From the NCBI GenBank assembly GCA_030704615.1, contig CM060734.1, positions 39,680,001 to 39,744,000 of the forward strand: a stretch of DNA of 64,000 bases, in the 5' to 3' direction. Source of the DNA: Takakia lepidozioides (taxonomy: Eukaryota > Plantae > Bryophyta). Within the stretch, counting starts at the first letter, position 1; every line of letters starts with the position of its first letter. Below, piece after piece: positions 1 to 20,250 of this stretch. Below the pieces are notes generated by a model. The model did no database searches and was not told the origin of the DNA. It saw nothing but the letters and a program-made list of their open reading frames with translations. The translations under genes and the position numbers were made by a program.

Positions 1-463
1 CTCATGGATATGACTGATGTGAACGACGGAGACTTCTCTGCTGTTGTTCTGAGCTGTAGGAGAGTAAATCGACGCCTGCAGGCAGGCACTCACTTTGTAA
101 TATCAAGTGCAGAACTTATTTTCTGAGGGCGGGCTATGCAGGCTCAAATGCAGCTCTAACAAGTGGTACTCAAGAGTATAATTTCTGAGTTTTGGGCGCA
201 ATATGGCCAGTGCCCCTACCTGTGCACAGACCCTCGAGCTAAATTGGACCCTCCAGCAGTTATCAGGATAGCTGTCGATTGACGTTTTGTAGATTGCACA
301 TGACTGGAACCGCCTTCCCAAGAGACTGATTGATTCCAGGAAGTGCTTATAAAAGAGAATGTCCTTGGAAATCTGTGAACACCTCCACATTCATTATGGT
401 CGTTGAATAGTATTCTAGAACCCTTGTCGCAAGAAAACTCCACCGGGCAAGTTACTGAGGTTA

Positions 464-1555
464 TGTGGGGGAGGGAATTTGCAGATCACCATCCCGTGCA
501 TCAGAACTTATGGCCTCCTCCCGATGATCCATGCAAAACCAGCTTTGACGTCATCTTCTTCCATGGCCTTCAGTTTTCTGACTGTGACGAGATGGCGTGG
601 AAGAGTACATGGGCACAACGGAACAATCCTGCCGTTTGCTGGCCTCACGCAGTGGCTGCCCCAAGACCTGGGTGGGAGTGTCCGTGTGCTGTCGGTGTCA
701 TATGATGGAGGGGGCAACACTGATCATCTTTCAGACATTGGAAAGAATCTGCTACAGAGTCTTGTCACAAGGTCAGTTTCACTCTCCACCAACAGTCTAG
801 AGGGTAGTTTTGGCACCGACGACTTCTCTTACCTTATACCACATGTGGATGCAGCCGAAGTTTGTACTATGCATAAGTCTGAAACCTTTCAAATTGTTCG
901 AGACTCTAGAATATCCAAGGTAGAACTTCTTGAAAGTGTGAATGGCAACACTGCAAGGACTTGACTTTGCGAAACTGTAGTCATAGGCAGTGGGCACATG
1001 TCCTCTGTCTGCACAATCTGTGGCCAAGCAGTCAATTCATCCACAATTAAAGAGGCTGTCGGAATGTTGCATGCAGTGAGACATGGTTCAAGTCGGGCGA
1101 CCAGCACCCTTTGGCGCTACTCGGTCACAGCTTTGGTGGGCTTATTATAAAGAGCTTGGTGGTGGAAGCTTCGCGGCTCTCACATAGCATAACTTAGCAG
1201 CAAATGAGTTGGAGAGAAGAGCCGCGCCATTGTGCAAATCCTTTCTGAAGAATTTGAAAGGTGTGGCCTTCTATGCAGTCCCACATGCTGGTTCAAACCT
1301 GGCTTTGTATGCCAGTAAGTACAACCAGCTCTGGAGGAATGCGCCACAAACAGCAGGATTCATGGAGTCATTGAAATCTACTTTTCCCCGGTGGATTTGC
1401 CAGAAGAGGCCACAACCAGCAGGAATCATGAAGGCCATGCGATCCACCTTTCAATGGTGGATGGTAAACTTGTCTACAGATTTTGAAAATGCAGTCCAGG
1501 GTAACTCCCTCAGTGTGTATGCCTTTGCAGAGAGCAAGCCGGTAAACAATGTGGT
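464..1555 (+). pseudogene. Alpha/beta-hydrolase (SERAC1-like; type found at the N-terminus of bryophyte hydrolase-NB-ARC-LRR proteins), disrupted
   Basis: Motifs DVIFFHGLQ, WP..WLPQDL, VRVLSVSYD, nucleophile elbow GHSFGGLIIK (1123-1152) and FYAVPHAGS. Frameshift near 645 and stop/frameshift near 1195. Likely GT donors at 772 and ~1554. No NB-ARC exon recognisable downstream. Confidence 0.75.
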
Positions 1556-4500
1556 GAACTTTTGCACAGTTTGTCAATTTCAAAGGGCCATCGTTTTACA
1601 TGAATAACTTACCTGCCCGTTGGAATCTTGCCCGTTGTTGATGCATACTTAACAATGTTAAGTGTCATTTGTTAACAAATGTTTATTCCCGTCTTCATTG
1701 ATTCGCCCTTAACAAATGTTAAGAGAACCGTAAAGTCTACAAGATATGCTCAAGCTAGCTTGACATAAGCTCCAAATTCAAGCTCACGCTAGGTTAAGTT
1801 GAGAATACATCTTTAAACATACCAATTATATGAGATTCAGAAGGTTATATTCATACGGTAATTCTAATGTGATTAAAAGCTAATACAATGCCACAAGATA
1901 TATGTTAGTGTTTCTTGAGATGGTTGTTTGAGAGACATGATGGCTACATCATCAGATGTTTTGGCATTTAGATTATGCCTGTGTAAAAGAAATGGATGTA
2001 TGCAAGTGTAATTTTGTAAATGTTAATGTGCTTTATTAATCTCTCTAATTGTTAATGTGTTAGCTTTGTCTAAATGTTATTTTTTCCAACTCTCGCTTAA
2101 CATTATCCAAGGTAGAGTGTATGCTACAATCCTAGTCAATGACTTCCACGTGATTGCAGCTTCCACGTGATTACTGATGACGTTCCTAAAATTCAGAACA
2201 TACGAAACATACGGAAAGCCAACTGAAAAGTCAAAGTAAATTGTTACACTTAATACAAGATAGGGTAATACGAGATAAGGGTAATAAGTATGATAGGATG
2301 ATCCGAGACTAGGATCTTGTTTATCTTCATCTGAAACCCATGACCACACATAACCCGTGGTGAACTGATGAAAGATCAGCACATGTGATATTAAAGGATG
2401 TCTTGTCACATGTGACCGCATGGTTGAGTGTCGAAAAGCAATGAACGGTTGTATGGTCCGCACGTCCGCACCTATCCTTTGCACGGTTTTCTAAGGGTCC
2501 TACTACGTTGGTTGATGAATCATAAACTGAACTCTCACCTACCACACAGCGTCCGGGAAATAATTTCAGTTGAAGCAGCCAGTAGCCGCTCATTCCCAGC
2601 AGCAATCGGCTAAGTGGGTTGGGCAGTCGGTTGCTGCCCCTTAGTGGTAACTATACCCGGTCAATTTCCGAGATAATTTCTTTACAACCGGTAATATTCC
2701 TAATGATTTATTTTGTGTTCAGCTATAAATCCGGCCCTTATAAATATCAACCGGTTGACAACACAAGTGTCAAATGCACAACAATAAGTAAATAATAATA
2801 ATAATAAATAATCACAACCAGTTTTAAGCAATTCAAACAAGTGAAGAACATTGTATCCTTATAGAAGTTGGACCTGTCAATGCCTTCAAACCACATTGAG
2901 GCCAAGAATTGAACCCGCGTGGACGGGTGAGCTGTGATAGCAGGCAGCGAGTGCAAGCAGGCGTGGGGCTGGGGCTACGAGAGCAACGTCCAAACTTAGT
3001 AGGGTTTGTCCGCGGGCCCGCCCTCTTTGAGTTCAATATTTTTTCACCTAAACGCCCTTCCTTGGATGTAACCCGGCCTGGCACGTTGGATTTCTGCCAT
3101 GTGGTGGACTTCGACGGCCATTTCCATTTTTTGTAATATAAGAAGGGCCGGAATCCGTCCAGGCCTTGCCAACTAAGGCAGATTTCCTGTCTGTAATGAA
3201 ATGGAAAGGCAAATATCCTTCCTAAAAGTAGGGCACCCGGTTGATTTCCACTTCGGCCAATTTTTCCCTCGGATCCATTTCCTGAGGTTTCATATTTCAT
3301 TCGGAAATTCTGGAATTCAGTCGGCTAGCATGTAACTGGCTGCCGGTTCTCCCCGGACGTTGCTACCACACGGGAGGAATGATGAAAGTGATGTGACCTC
3401 TCTTGGAATGTAGTCGTATGCCGGTATTACTTGGTGGGAGACACACGAGACTAGTGAGGGGTTGCGAGCTCAACTTGTTCAATCTGTTGACCAGCTTGTA
3501 AGATTTCAATCGTGTAACAAGTATGTAGACCTGCAGGCCCAGCCTGATTGTTTTCCGCCTCCAAATGCTTCTAAGTTTTGAACTGTACTGTTTCTTGGAT
3601 TGAAGGCAGTGCTCGTGTGCTTGGATCTTACGAGCGACTGTGAAGGGGGTGATTTGATGCACACATGCCGTACGTATGTATTGGCCTTAACACTGATCGG
3701 GAGTGTAGCGCCTATACAGCTGCCTTCACTACCCAGACCGTCTTCCTGCCACTGGTTTTGACAACCGCTGTTCTTGGTTTGGCCTCAGCTTGTGCTGGAA
3801 TCCATCCTCTTAAGGTGTGGTGAACTGACAGCCTTTCAGTTGCAGCTCCCCTTAATGCCTTGATTGCCTGGTTCGTCAACCTTCTTGGTATGGGATAAAT
3901 TTCCCTGAGCTCGAAGGACTGTCAGTCTAAACAATGCCGTTTCCAGGTTTGATTTCCGTTTCTCTTTGTCGAATATCATCTCAAGTAGCAGATCTATACA
4001 TGGTTTTGTGAACATGTGATGAAATCTCGCAGGCTTGCGTCCAAGGAAATCCATGTCGATCGGTGGTTACCGGAACAACCTGGTGAGCTCAATGGCCGCT
4101 GAACACTTGCAAAGAAAAGGTTGTCCCGAGCTGGTGCAGTTCGAAGAGGACAGTTGGGTATACATGCTAACCGTAAATTGCAACACTCGTGGCAAGCAGG
4201 ACAAGTTCCATGTGCCAAACTATGGGCAGCTGTAAGCATGGAAACAGCGATTCGAACTCCTTTCGAACTTACTATAGAGAGCTTACTAAAAGTGACGTCT
4301 CAGCAGACAGTCCCGCAGTGGTCCTCAATATTAGAAAGCATTTGTACCCTATTGATCGGATCCAGACTGTAGTTAATCCAAAACTTTGGAAAATTGGTAG
4401 TTATGAAAATTCTCAAACAAACTTCCAGAACTTTGCCTCTATGGCTACCAAAAAATAGGGCCCACCCCTGAAAAGGAGCAGTAGCCGCAAGGCAAAGTGG

Positions 4501-6026
4501 CTAGTAGTTACGCGGTCTTCGACCGGAGTCTTCTTCTTCTTCTGGCTACCAAAATCACAGGAATGTCCCTTTGTTGATGTTGTCCGAGTGGGATACGTCC
4601 GAGGAAAGTGACAAGAGGACGAGGAGTTGGGTCACTTCCCGGCCTCTCCAACAAACCATTGAATCAATCCAAATTTGAATTATACACTAAATATTCAACA
4701 GTATCAGCATCCGTTGATAGTGCATATAAATTGATAAATGATAGATGCATTCGACATTGGAATGAATTCAAAGATGTGCTCCAATGCATTTGTTGATGAA
4801 TTTTGTAGTATGCACAAATCAGTAAACCTCAATTTTGAACGTGTTTCTCTTGTCCCTTGTTCTTCCTTTGTGCGTACTTTATGTCTCCAGTCCTTCATTA
4901 TCTCATGAATTGATGCGCATCAACAAATCAATTCTGTTCAGAACTCTACCCATTACAAAAGGAAAGAAACATTCGTTGTTGTGTAAACAATGTGGGTCTT
5001 CAAGTGCCTTCCATTTGGAAGGTGGACTCCTTCTAACAGACGTACCGGGGCAACAATACGCAGTTGCCCAACCCTCCCCAAGGACTCTCCTCCAAGGACT
5101 CCACAGTCCCCATATACCCACCCGTTTAATATCTCAGTTATCCCCCTTTGGCCTCAAGTTAGTACTCCCTACACAAAAGTTGGTACTTTCAAGCTCAACT
5201 CCCTACACAGAAGTTAGTACTTTCAACCTCTAACGCACCTTCAACTGTTCCAGAATGTGAAATGAAATAACTCAAAATAGCAACTCTTAAGGGCGTCTCT
5301 GTTGTGATGAGGCACACAAGTGGAGGGGAATCATGCAAGCAGTATTATTTTGCGCAGTCACCCTATTTATCAAACCTACTGGACCATTAAGAGGTATTGC
5401 TCTCTTTGTATGCAATGTTTCTCTCTTGACTTACGTGGGGAACTATCAAAACAACAAACAAATCAATCACACAACAGACAAACAAACAAACACAAACAAA
5501 TCAATCATACATTTCCAAAATACAAAATGAGATGAAATCAACTGGTTAATCAATCCTCCTCACCATTGGATTTGGTCGATTAACAAGCTTCACAACTCAA
5601 AGCAACTAAGAGCAAAAAGTCAAGGGATTGTTGTTTTCATTCAAGATTGTTCATATGCAGAGCAATTGCAAATGCCGGGGCTGTAAGCAAAATTAATCAT
5701 TAGACCTATTAGAGAGCAAAAGATAACTACAACCAAGTTGGACCACTTCAGTTTGTCTATGGGCTTTGTTAATGCACAACAAAGGCAATCAAACCTCTGC
5801 TTTACACAGTTGGAAGATATGACAATTGTTCAGATTCACTTCATGAGAAGTGGCAGCCACCAACTGCCCCTCTCCCCCACAACCCTTTAATTCTTCTTTC
5901 CATCCACAAGGCAATACTGTACACTCAGACCACACCTACCAATTCACATGTACAAAGCTATTTATCAACCATATCTTACAGATCCTACAGTCCAAGTTCT
6001 CTTACAACATGGATCTCTGTAGTTCA

Positions 6027-14386
<8,360 letters not shown>

Positions 14387-15800
14387 TGAATGTTACGTGG
14401 AGGAGACCAAGATCCCACCAGATTTCCCTGAAAATACGAAATTTACCTTCTAAGATACAACAGGGAAGGTCATGAAGAGCACCAAATGGCTGAGCATTCG
14501 TGCCTGCTGTGCAGAGTGTGGGTGTGAAGGGGTGGAAGCGAAGCACACTAAACCCCATTGCCTCCTCCACCCCATGCTTGCTCTTCACTCCTCCCACAAG
14601 CGTGCGGACTCTCGCCCATGGATGGATGAACTCTGTCAGTCCGACCTAACACCTCAGGCTTGAGTATTCATCCGAATAATTAAAAATTATTTTTATTTTT
14701 ATTTTTATTAATTCAACAATTCTACTAGTTGCTTATTCACGTCCAAGATTTACCTTTAATGCAGTTGAATTAAGCAAATTATTGAGAAGAAAAATCTTTG
14801 TTTAGAATGCAGCTTGTCTAGCTTGCTTAGGGCCACTTTAGTATGCCACATTAATGCACGCTTGTGATATCTCTAGCAAGATTGGACACCGGTTTCCGGC
14901 ATGTCAAATCTTCCCCACCCCCTTTTGCAGATTGGAAAGGGTGAGGGGTTACACTACTATGACGGGGTGACACAGAAGGAAGTATTATTCCACTCTATGT
15001 GTAACTCCCACTTGAACACCTTGTCTCCAAGTTTGATTAACTCCAAATTTGGCTATGTACAAAATGTACTACAATGAGTTACACAAAACACATTGTGACA
15101 CAAACCAGAGGAGCGGGGTTACCCAAACCACAAGAGTCATGGTGACAAAAATTTGGGTGACAATACCACCTACATTTTCCCTTAAGCGCCCATTCGACCC
15201 GTTTTCGGCCGTTGGTTTTGGTTTTTCCCCTCTGTTTTTCTCGGATTTGAACCGATTAACCTGATTTTTGGAGGGTAGGATGCCAGCCACATGGCAGTCA
15301 GGATTCCAACGCGCGATTAGGTTTTTTTGGTTAGGGTTGCAATTTTTGGCTGCGCAGGAGGTGGGGTCTGCTTCTGCAGCGATTTTGGCTTGCTCCCGCG
15401 TTTTCAGCGTCGTCTCTCTCCTTCCCGCGCTTTGCCTTGTGCTGTGATCTCGTCTGTTGTGGCGTTCGCGCGTGTTCCATACTTTGTTGCAGGTTGCCGT
15501 TGCAGATGCCTTGACAGGTTGCCGTTGGTGGTCTGCTCCGATTGCATCTTCCATTATCTCTTTCTCTTTCAGTTGAAGAAACTTGGAAATTGTGGCAACG
15601 CTATAGAGACTGAGCCATAGCTGTGAGAGAGGATGGGCCGGCTTTGCATTGATACTCAGGGTGCGCATTCAAGGCAATGTTCATTGTTTGATACCTGAGC
15701 TAGACTATGCGCAGTTAGGGCATCGTGTAGCTCATCTTTGTGTTTATCCTTGTGTGCATATGCAAATTGGTGGATGAAGGTTGAAGCTACATAGTATAAG

Positions 15801-16182
15801 ATGGGTTCGGGTGTGTTGCCTCCCCCTACACCTGCGCATTTGAAGACTCAAGCTGCATCGATTGCCAAGTGGGCACGCTCACTGGGCGCATCAACCGAGC
15901 AAGTCGAGCGGATTGTCGGGTGCCTGAATGAGGACTACCTCTTGTGTTTGAAGAGACATGCTCGTGTGCGTTGGCCTGGATTTCCACAGCCCTCCAACTT
16001 TCGTTACTTGTTTAGGCGCCATTGTGCAGAGATTTTGGGTTGGGTAGATCGCAAGGAGGAATGAGACCCCCTTGGGTTCAGCGCAGAGGTCAACGACATT
16101 TTGAGGCTCGAGGTTTGGCCTGACTTCCAGACGTCTTCTGCCAGCCACGATGAGGCTCAAACAACTGGCCAGGGAGAGAGGT
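15801..16182 (+). CDS. Upstream ORF or first exon inside the piggyBac, unknown function
   Basis: ATG at 15801. The frame reads on past a single TGA (16062) as DPLGFSAEVNDILRLEVWPDF... to a GT donor-like site AG|GTAATC at ~16180. Confidence 0.4.
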
Positions 16183-18261
16183 AATCGTATTGAACCCTCT
16201 TTTGATTTCATGAGTGAGGAGATGGGCAATTCGACCTACTCCTTGCGCAACTCTCAAAATCCACTATGTGATCCTGCTGGTCACTCCCAAACTATGGAGG
16301 ACATAGGGATTTTGGGATCCACAGTGAAGGTGGCAGTGGCTGAGCTGCACCTTCAGGATGTGGCATCGTCTAGCAATGCCCACGAATTTGGATATGGCAC
16401 TGTGGTAGACAAGACATGGGACATCCTGAATGGTACAAAAAATTATACTGTCTTTTTTTTTGGTGTCATTGGTGTTCATGTGGTATCGTCACAGTCCTGT
16501 GTTGTGTGTAATCTTGATGATTCAATGTTGTGCATTATCCCTGAGCTCTTGGGGTTGGATTCTGAAGTTGAATTGCCTGAGGGGAAAGTAGATGATAGTG
16601 AATCAGATTCTGATTGTGACTATAATCCAGAAGATGATGACCTTGTTGACATCGACAATCCTGACTTGATGGACTACTGTGTTGACACGGGGAATCCAAC
16701 GCGTGAGGTGGGATTATATGATTTGCTACCCAATTGGGAGCAGTGGGGTCCTGCTGAGTTGTTTGGTGATGACATGTAGAACTCCTCTGCTACTGAATTG
16801 CCAGACATTACATGGTTAGGTGGGGATTCGGGTCCTCGTTTGCCTTTTGGAGATTCAGCAAATCCAGTTGATTTTTTCAATTTGTTTTGGCCACTGTCGG
16901 TCATGCGCCGAATTTGCAGCATGACCAACATGTATGCCAGGACAGAAAACCAGAATGGAAACCTGAAAGGAGGTAGATGGTGGTACCCTATCACCATCCG
17001 TGAATTGAAGGCTTGGCTTGCTGTTCACATGCTCATGGGAATCAAAAAATTGCCTAGTACTAGATTGTATTGGAAAGCCAACAATGCCTTCTTCAATTGC
17101 CCTTCCATCATGCGCATTATGTCCCACAACCGATGGGAGGCAATTCTGAGGTGCCTCCACCTTGTTGACAACAAGGATGTATGCATTATTGACACTGACC
17201 CTGCTTTTGATAAGTTAGCTAAAACCAGGTGGTTGCTACATGCACTAAATGGTTTGTATGCCACCTACATGAGCCCCAAGCAGAATTTGACTGTGGATGA
17301 GCAAATGGTGAAGTACAAGGGCAAATATGCCCGAATCCAGCAATACCTAAGCAAGAAGCCTGTGCAGTGGGGTCTGAAGGTGTGGTGTTTGTGTGGTGCA
17401 TGTTCCAAATATGTTCAGAAGTTAGAGGTTTACCTTGGGAAGGATGATGGGAATGATATGACCCATGGCAGTGGATATGGCGTGGTGACAAGGTTACTAG
17501 AAGGATTTGAGGGTAAGGGCCATATTGTAACGATGGATAATTTTTTCAGTAGCCCTATCATGTTCTATGATTTGGCAGCAAAACAGATCTATGCTACTGG
17601 CACGGTAAAAACCTCCCGAGTGGGTTTTCCTACGTGCCTTGATTTGGGGAAGAAGGGTGAGAGAGGTAGGCTGGAATATCGTGTTCACATAAGTGGCAAA
17701 GTAGCCGCTATTGCCTGGATGGATGCCAAGTTGGTGACCATGATTTCCACTGTCATTTCCCCTGTCGGTCCTGATTGCTTCATACAAAGATAGCACAAAG
17801 GGGCAAGACGTGATGTGCCTACCTCCCCTATTGTGGTTCATTACCAGCAGCATATGCGGGGAGTGGATGTTCAGGATCAGCTACGGGGTTACTACTCTGT
17901 TCAGACCAGGGACCATAAATGGTGGCACCGCTTGTACTTTCATGGAGTTGACACTTCTTTGGTGAATGCTTACATATTGTACCTGGGTTTTATGAGGGGA
18001 AAGGGCCACATTCCTCTTAGCCACATGCTTTTCAATTTGGAGGTTGCAAAGGGACTAATTGTGGGGTGGGTTCCTCCCAGGAGAACAGTAATGCCAGAGG
18101 CAGATGTGCCCAACCCGGGGTCTGTGCATTTCTCCCTCAAGACTAGTAGGAGGAGGAAGTGTGTTCAGTGTGGTATGCGTCAAAGATATTTTTGTCACGC
18201 GTGTGGAGATGTGTATATGTGCCTTGGAGGATGCTTTGTCAAGAGCCATAGCCTTCTCTGA
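16150..18261 (+). pseudogene. piggyBac (PGBD, DDE_Tnp_1_7-type) transposase with two in-frame TAG stops
   Basis: ORFs 16150-16779, 16798-17793 and 17815-18261 share one frame. Acidic N-terminal stretch, PVDFFNLFWP, MSHNRWEAILRCLH, catalytic D residues in TVDEQMV, TMDNFF and GVDVQDQ, KWWHRL, and C-terminal Cys-rich domain CVQC..YFCHAC..MCLGGCF..H. Exact start and splicing uncertain. Confidence 0.9.
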
Positions 18262-18693
18262 TTATAGATACTTCTATGTTCAGTAATTGATATGGTTGAT
18301 TTCTTATTGCACTGATGTGGAGACCTTTGATGCCAAAGAGGGGGTATCCTCCTTACGACACTTTTTCTATATAGTGGTGTTCTGTCTTTTTCTAAGCAGT
18401 GGTGTGTTTGGGGGTTGGTTTGTTGTTGGTAGCCATGAAACGTTTGTACTGAGGATCCAGCCGTAGAGAGTCGCTTGACAGTCCAAGGAGAGGTATAATT
18501 TTGTGGTTGTGCAGTATTGGGGTTCACTGAGTCCTGATCTGAATGATTTGTTTGCTACTCCAGCTTTTTGCCTTAGTGTTCATGTAGCTCCGAGGTCTTT
18601 GCTGCAACAATTTTGTGTTTCAATTAGGACTGAGTCCATTTTCTTTGTGTCTAGTATAATTATGTGGTAGTCCCCTAGTCAAGCGGGGGTGCG

Positions 18694-18744
18694 CACAAGG
18701 GTGGAGACTCCTTCCCTCCCTGGGGAGGAGTCTCCCCCCTTGTG
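18694..18744 (+). ncRNA. 23-bp hairpin in the piggyBac 3' region
   Basis: CACAAGGGTGGAGACTCCTTCCC-TCCCT-GGGGAGGAGTCTCCCCCCTTGTG: one mismatch and one G-U pair. Confidence 0.6.
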
Positions 18745-18748
18745 TTCA

Positions 18749-18801
18749 TGTGTGAGTTGCCAATTGGGGCAAGTTAGTGGGTTCAACTCCCACTCACACA
18801 A
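18749..18801 (+). ncRNA. Anticodon-less tRNA-like element 1
   Basis: Acceptor-like stem TGTGTGA/TCACACA, D-like arm TTGCC-AATTGG-GGCAA, T-arm GTGGG-TTCAACT-CCCAC (B-box-like GGTTCAACTCC). Confidence 0.6.
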
Positions 18802-18882
18802 TTCGGCGTGTAAATGTGGGTTCATCTCTAGTTTTTCTGAGTCTGATTTGATGCTAGTGTTGGCCACATGTCGGTCTTTCTT

Positions 18883-18934
18883 TGTGTGAGCTGCCAGTTG
18901 GGCAGGCCACTGGGTTCAATTCCCACTCACACAT
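18883..18934 (+). ncRNA. Anticodon-less tRNA-like element 2
   Basis: TGTGTGAG/CTCACACA stem, CTGCC-AGTTG-GGCAG arm, TGGG-TTCAATT-CCCA T-arm, followed by TTTT (18934-18937). Confidence 0.6.
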
Positions 18935-20250
18935 TTTGACCCCCCTTACTTTGACCAGGTGTAAATCAGAAAATATGAATCCATTTTTTGCATTCTATGG
19001 CTCATCAGAATGCCAATGTGCTGGACAACACCTGTAAGCAGGATGAGATCCTGCAGATTTCATCCCGTCAGTGAAAATTGCAAATTCCTCCAATTTCCCT
19101 TATTGTTTTGGGAGGGGCCCAAAAAATGGGCCCCACACTCAACGGTGGCGTTTCTCGGATTTTCGCCTGATTAGCCTGCAAATTTACCGGTGTCTGGAAG
19201 GGGTAGGTATGAGCATAATGTCCGGTCAATTTTCCCAAAAACTGTTTTTTCGCTGAGATATTCTCATTTTTCTGTGCTGGGGTCCACTTTTTTCAAAAAG
19301 TCAACATTGGGCACTGGGCGCTTAAGGGTTAAAGTACCAAGATAAATTCAGGAAACAATGTCCATGAAAATGTGATGGATTCAAGTCTTATAAAACGTTC
19401 AACGTTTTTTTTAATAATGGTCACGTTTATTTCATGGTCCTTATTTTATTTCGATTGGAAAATGTTTTATGCGAAATTTTTCCGTCTTGCAATCATAATT
19501 TTTTGGGTATAGTAACGATGCTTTTACTCAGCTATCAATACAAATTTGTTGAGATTTTACTTGATTTGAATTTTGATATAAATTACATGTATTTTCAGAA
19601 AACAATTCCCAATGTGGTCTCAACAACTTATGTACCTATGCATCATAGATAAGATGTGTTATATTAAATGTCATGAACATGTAAGTCTGTCAAGTATCCT
19701 TATATCTACTTCAGCAATTCGATGAACGAGATACTAGAAATGCAACTACGGATGGGCAATGATCGTTTGTCATTTATGAGCCATGAGTACTAATATAACC
19801 ACGTCTTACAAGATTAATTTCTTTTTTTTGGCAATTAGGGCAGCTTAAAATAAACGTCAATGATAGGGCAGTTGACGCAGATGACCGTGGCACTCAGGAC
19901 CCCATTTCTGTTCTATACACTAAAATTAGTCTCTGACTTTCTGTGGTCATTAGAATTTTAATAGTGAATCTGAAGTAAGTGAGGGTGGGGGGAATTTGAC
20001 GGTGCCCGTCAGAGGAGTTGATGTTGCCTGAATCTAGCATGAAGAAAGTATAGTTAGATCACACTCTGCATCAAGTTCTAGGCTTACAATATTCCTATTG
20101 TTTTCCGTTAAGAAGTGCCAAAAAGCAAAATACTGTACTTTAATATAAGCTGCCACCAAACCATCTTTTATGGTATGTTCTTAATTCCAAGTTTCTTTTT
20201 TACTTAAAACAACACTTGTGCCTCGTCCCATTATCAAAGAATAGTCTTGT

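Larger units (their letters stand above)
15179..19328 (+). mobile_element. piggyBac-superfamily DNA transposon, ~4.15 kb
   Basis: Perfect 14-bp TIRs CCCTTAAGCGCCCA (15179-15192) and TGGGCGCTTAAGGG (19315-19328). TTAA follows the right end (19329-19332); the left flank is TTTT. Encloses a PGBD transposase. Confidence 0.92.

Noticed and set aside
3830-4240. Cluster of possible short exons (e.g. LASKEIHVDRWLPEQP, DKFHVPNYGQL)
   Set aside because: Splice-like sites exist, but no consistent frame or recognisable family.
15069-15668. 199-aa minus-strand ORF
   Set aside because: Runs across the piggyBac left TIR into flank, low complexity, no motifs.
18636-18750. MALAT1/ENE-type triple helix upstream of the tRNA-like elements
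   Set aside because: One U-rich motif (TTTTCTTT) is present, but no second U-rich strand or A-rich tract before the first tRNA-like element.
18749-18934. Canonical tRNA genes or a CRISPR array
   Set aside because: No anticodon arm, only two repeats, eukaryotic context and no cas genes.
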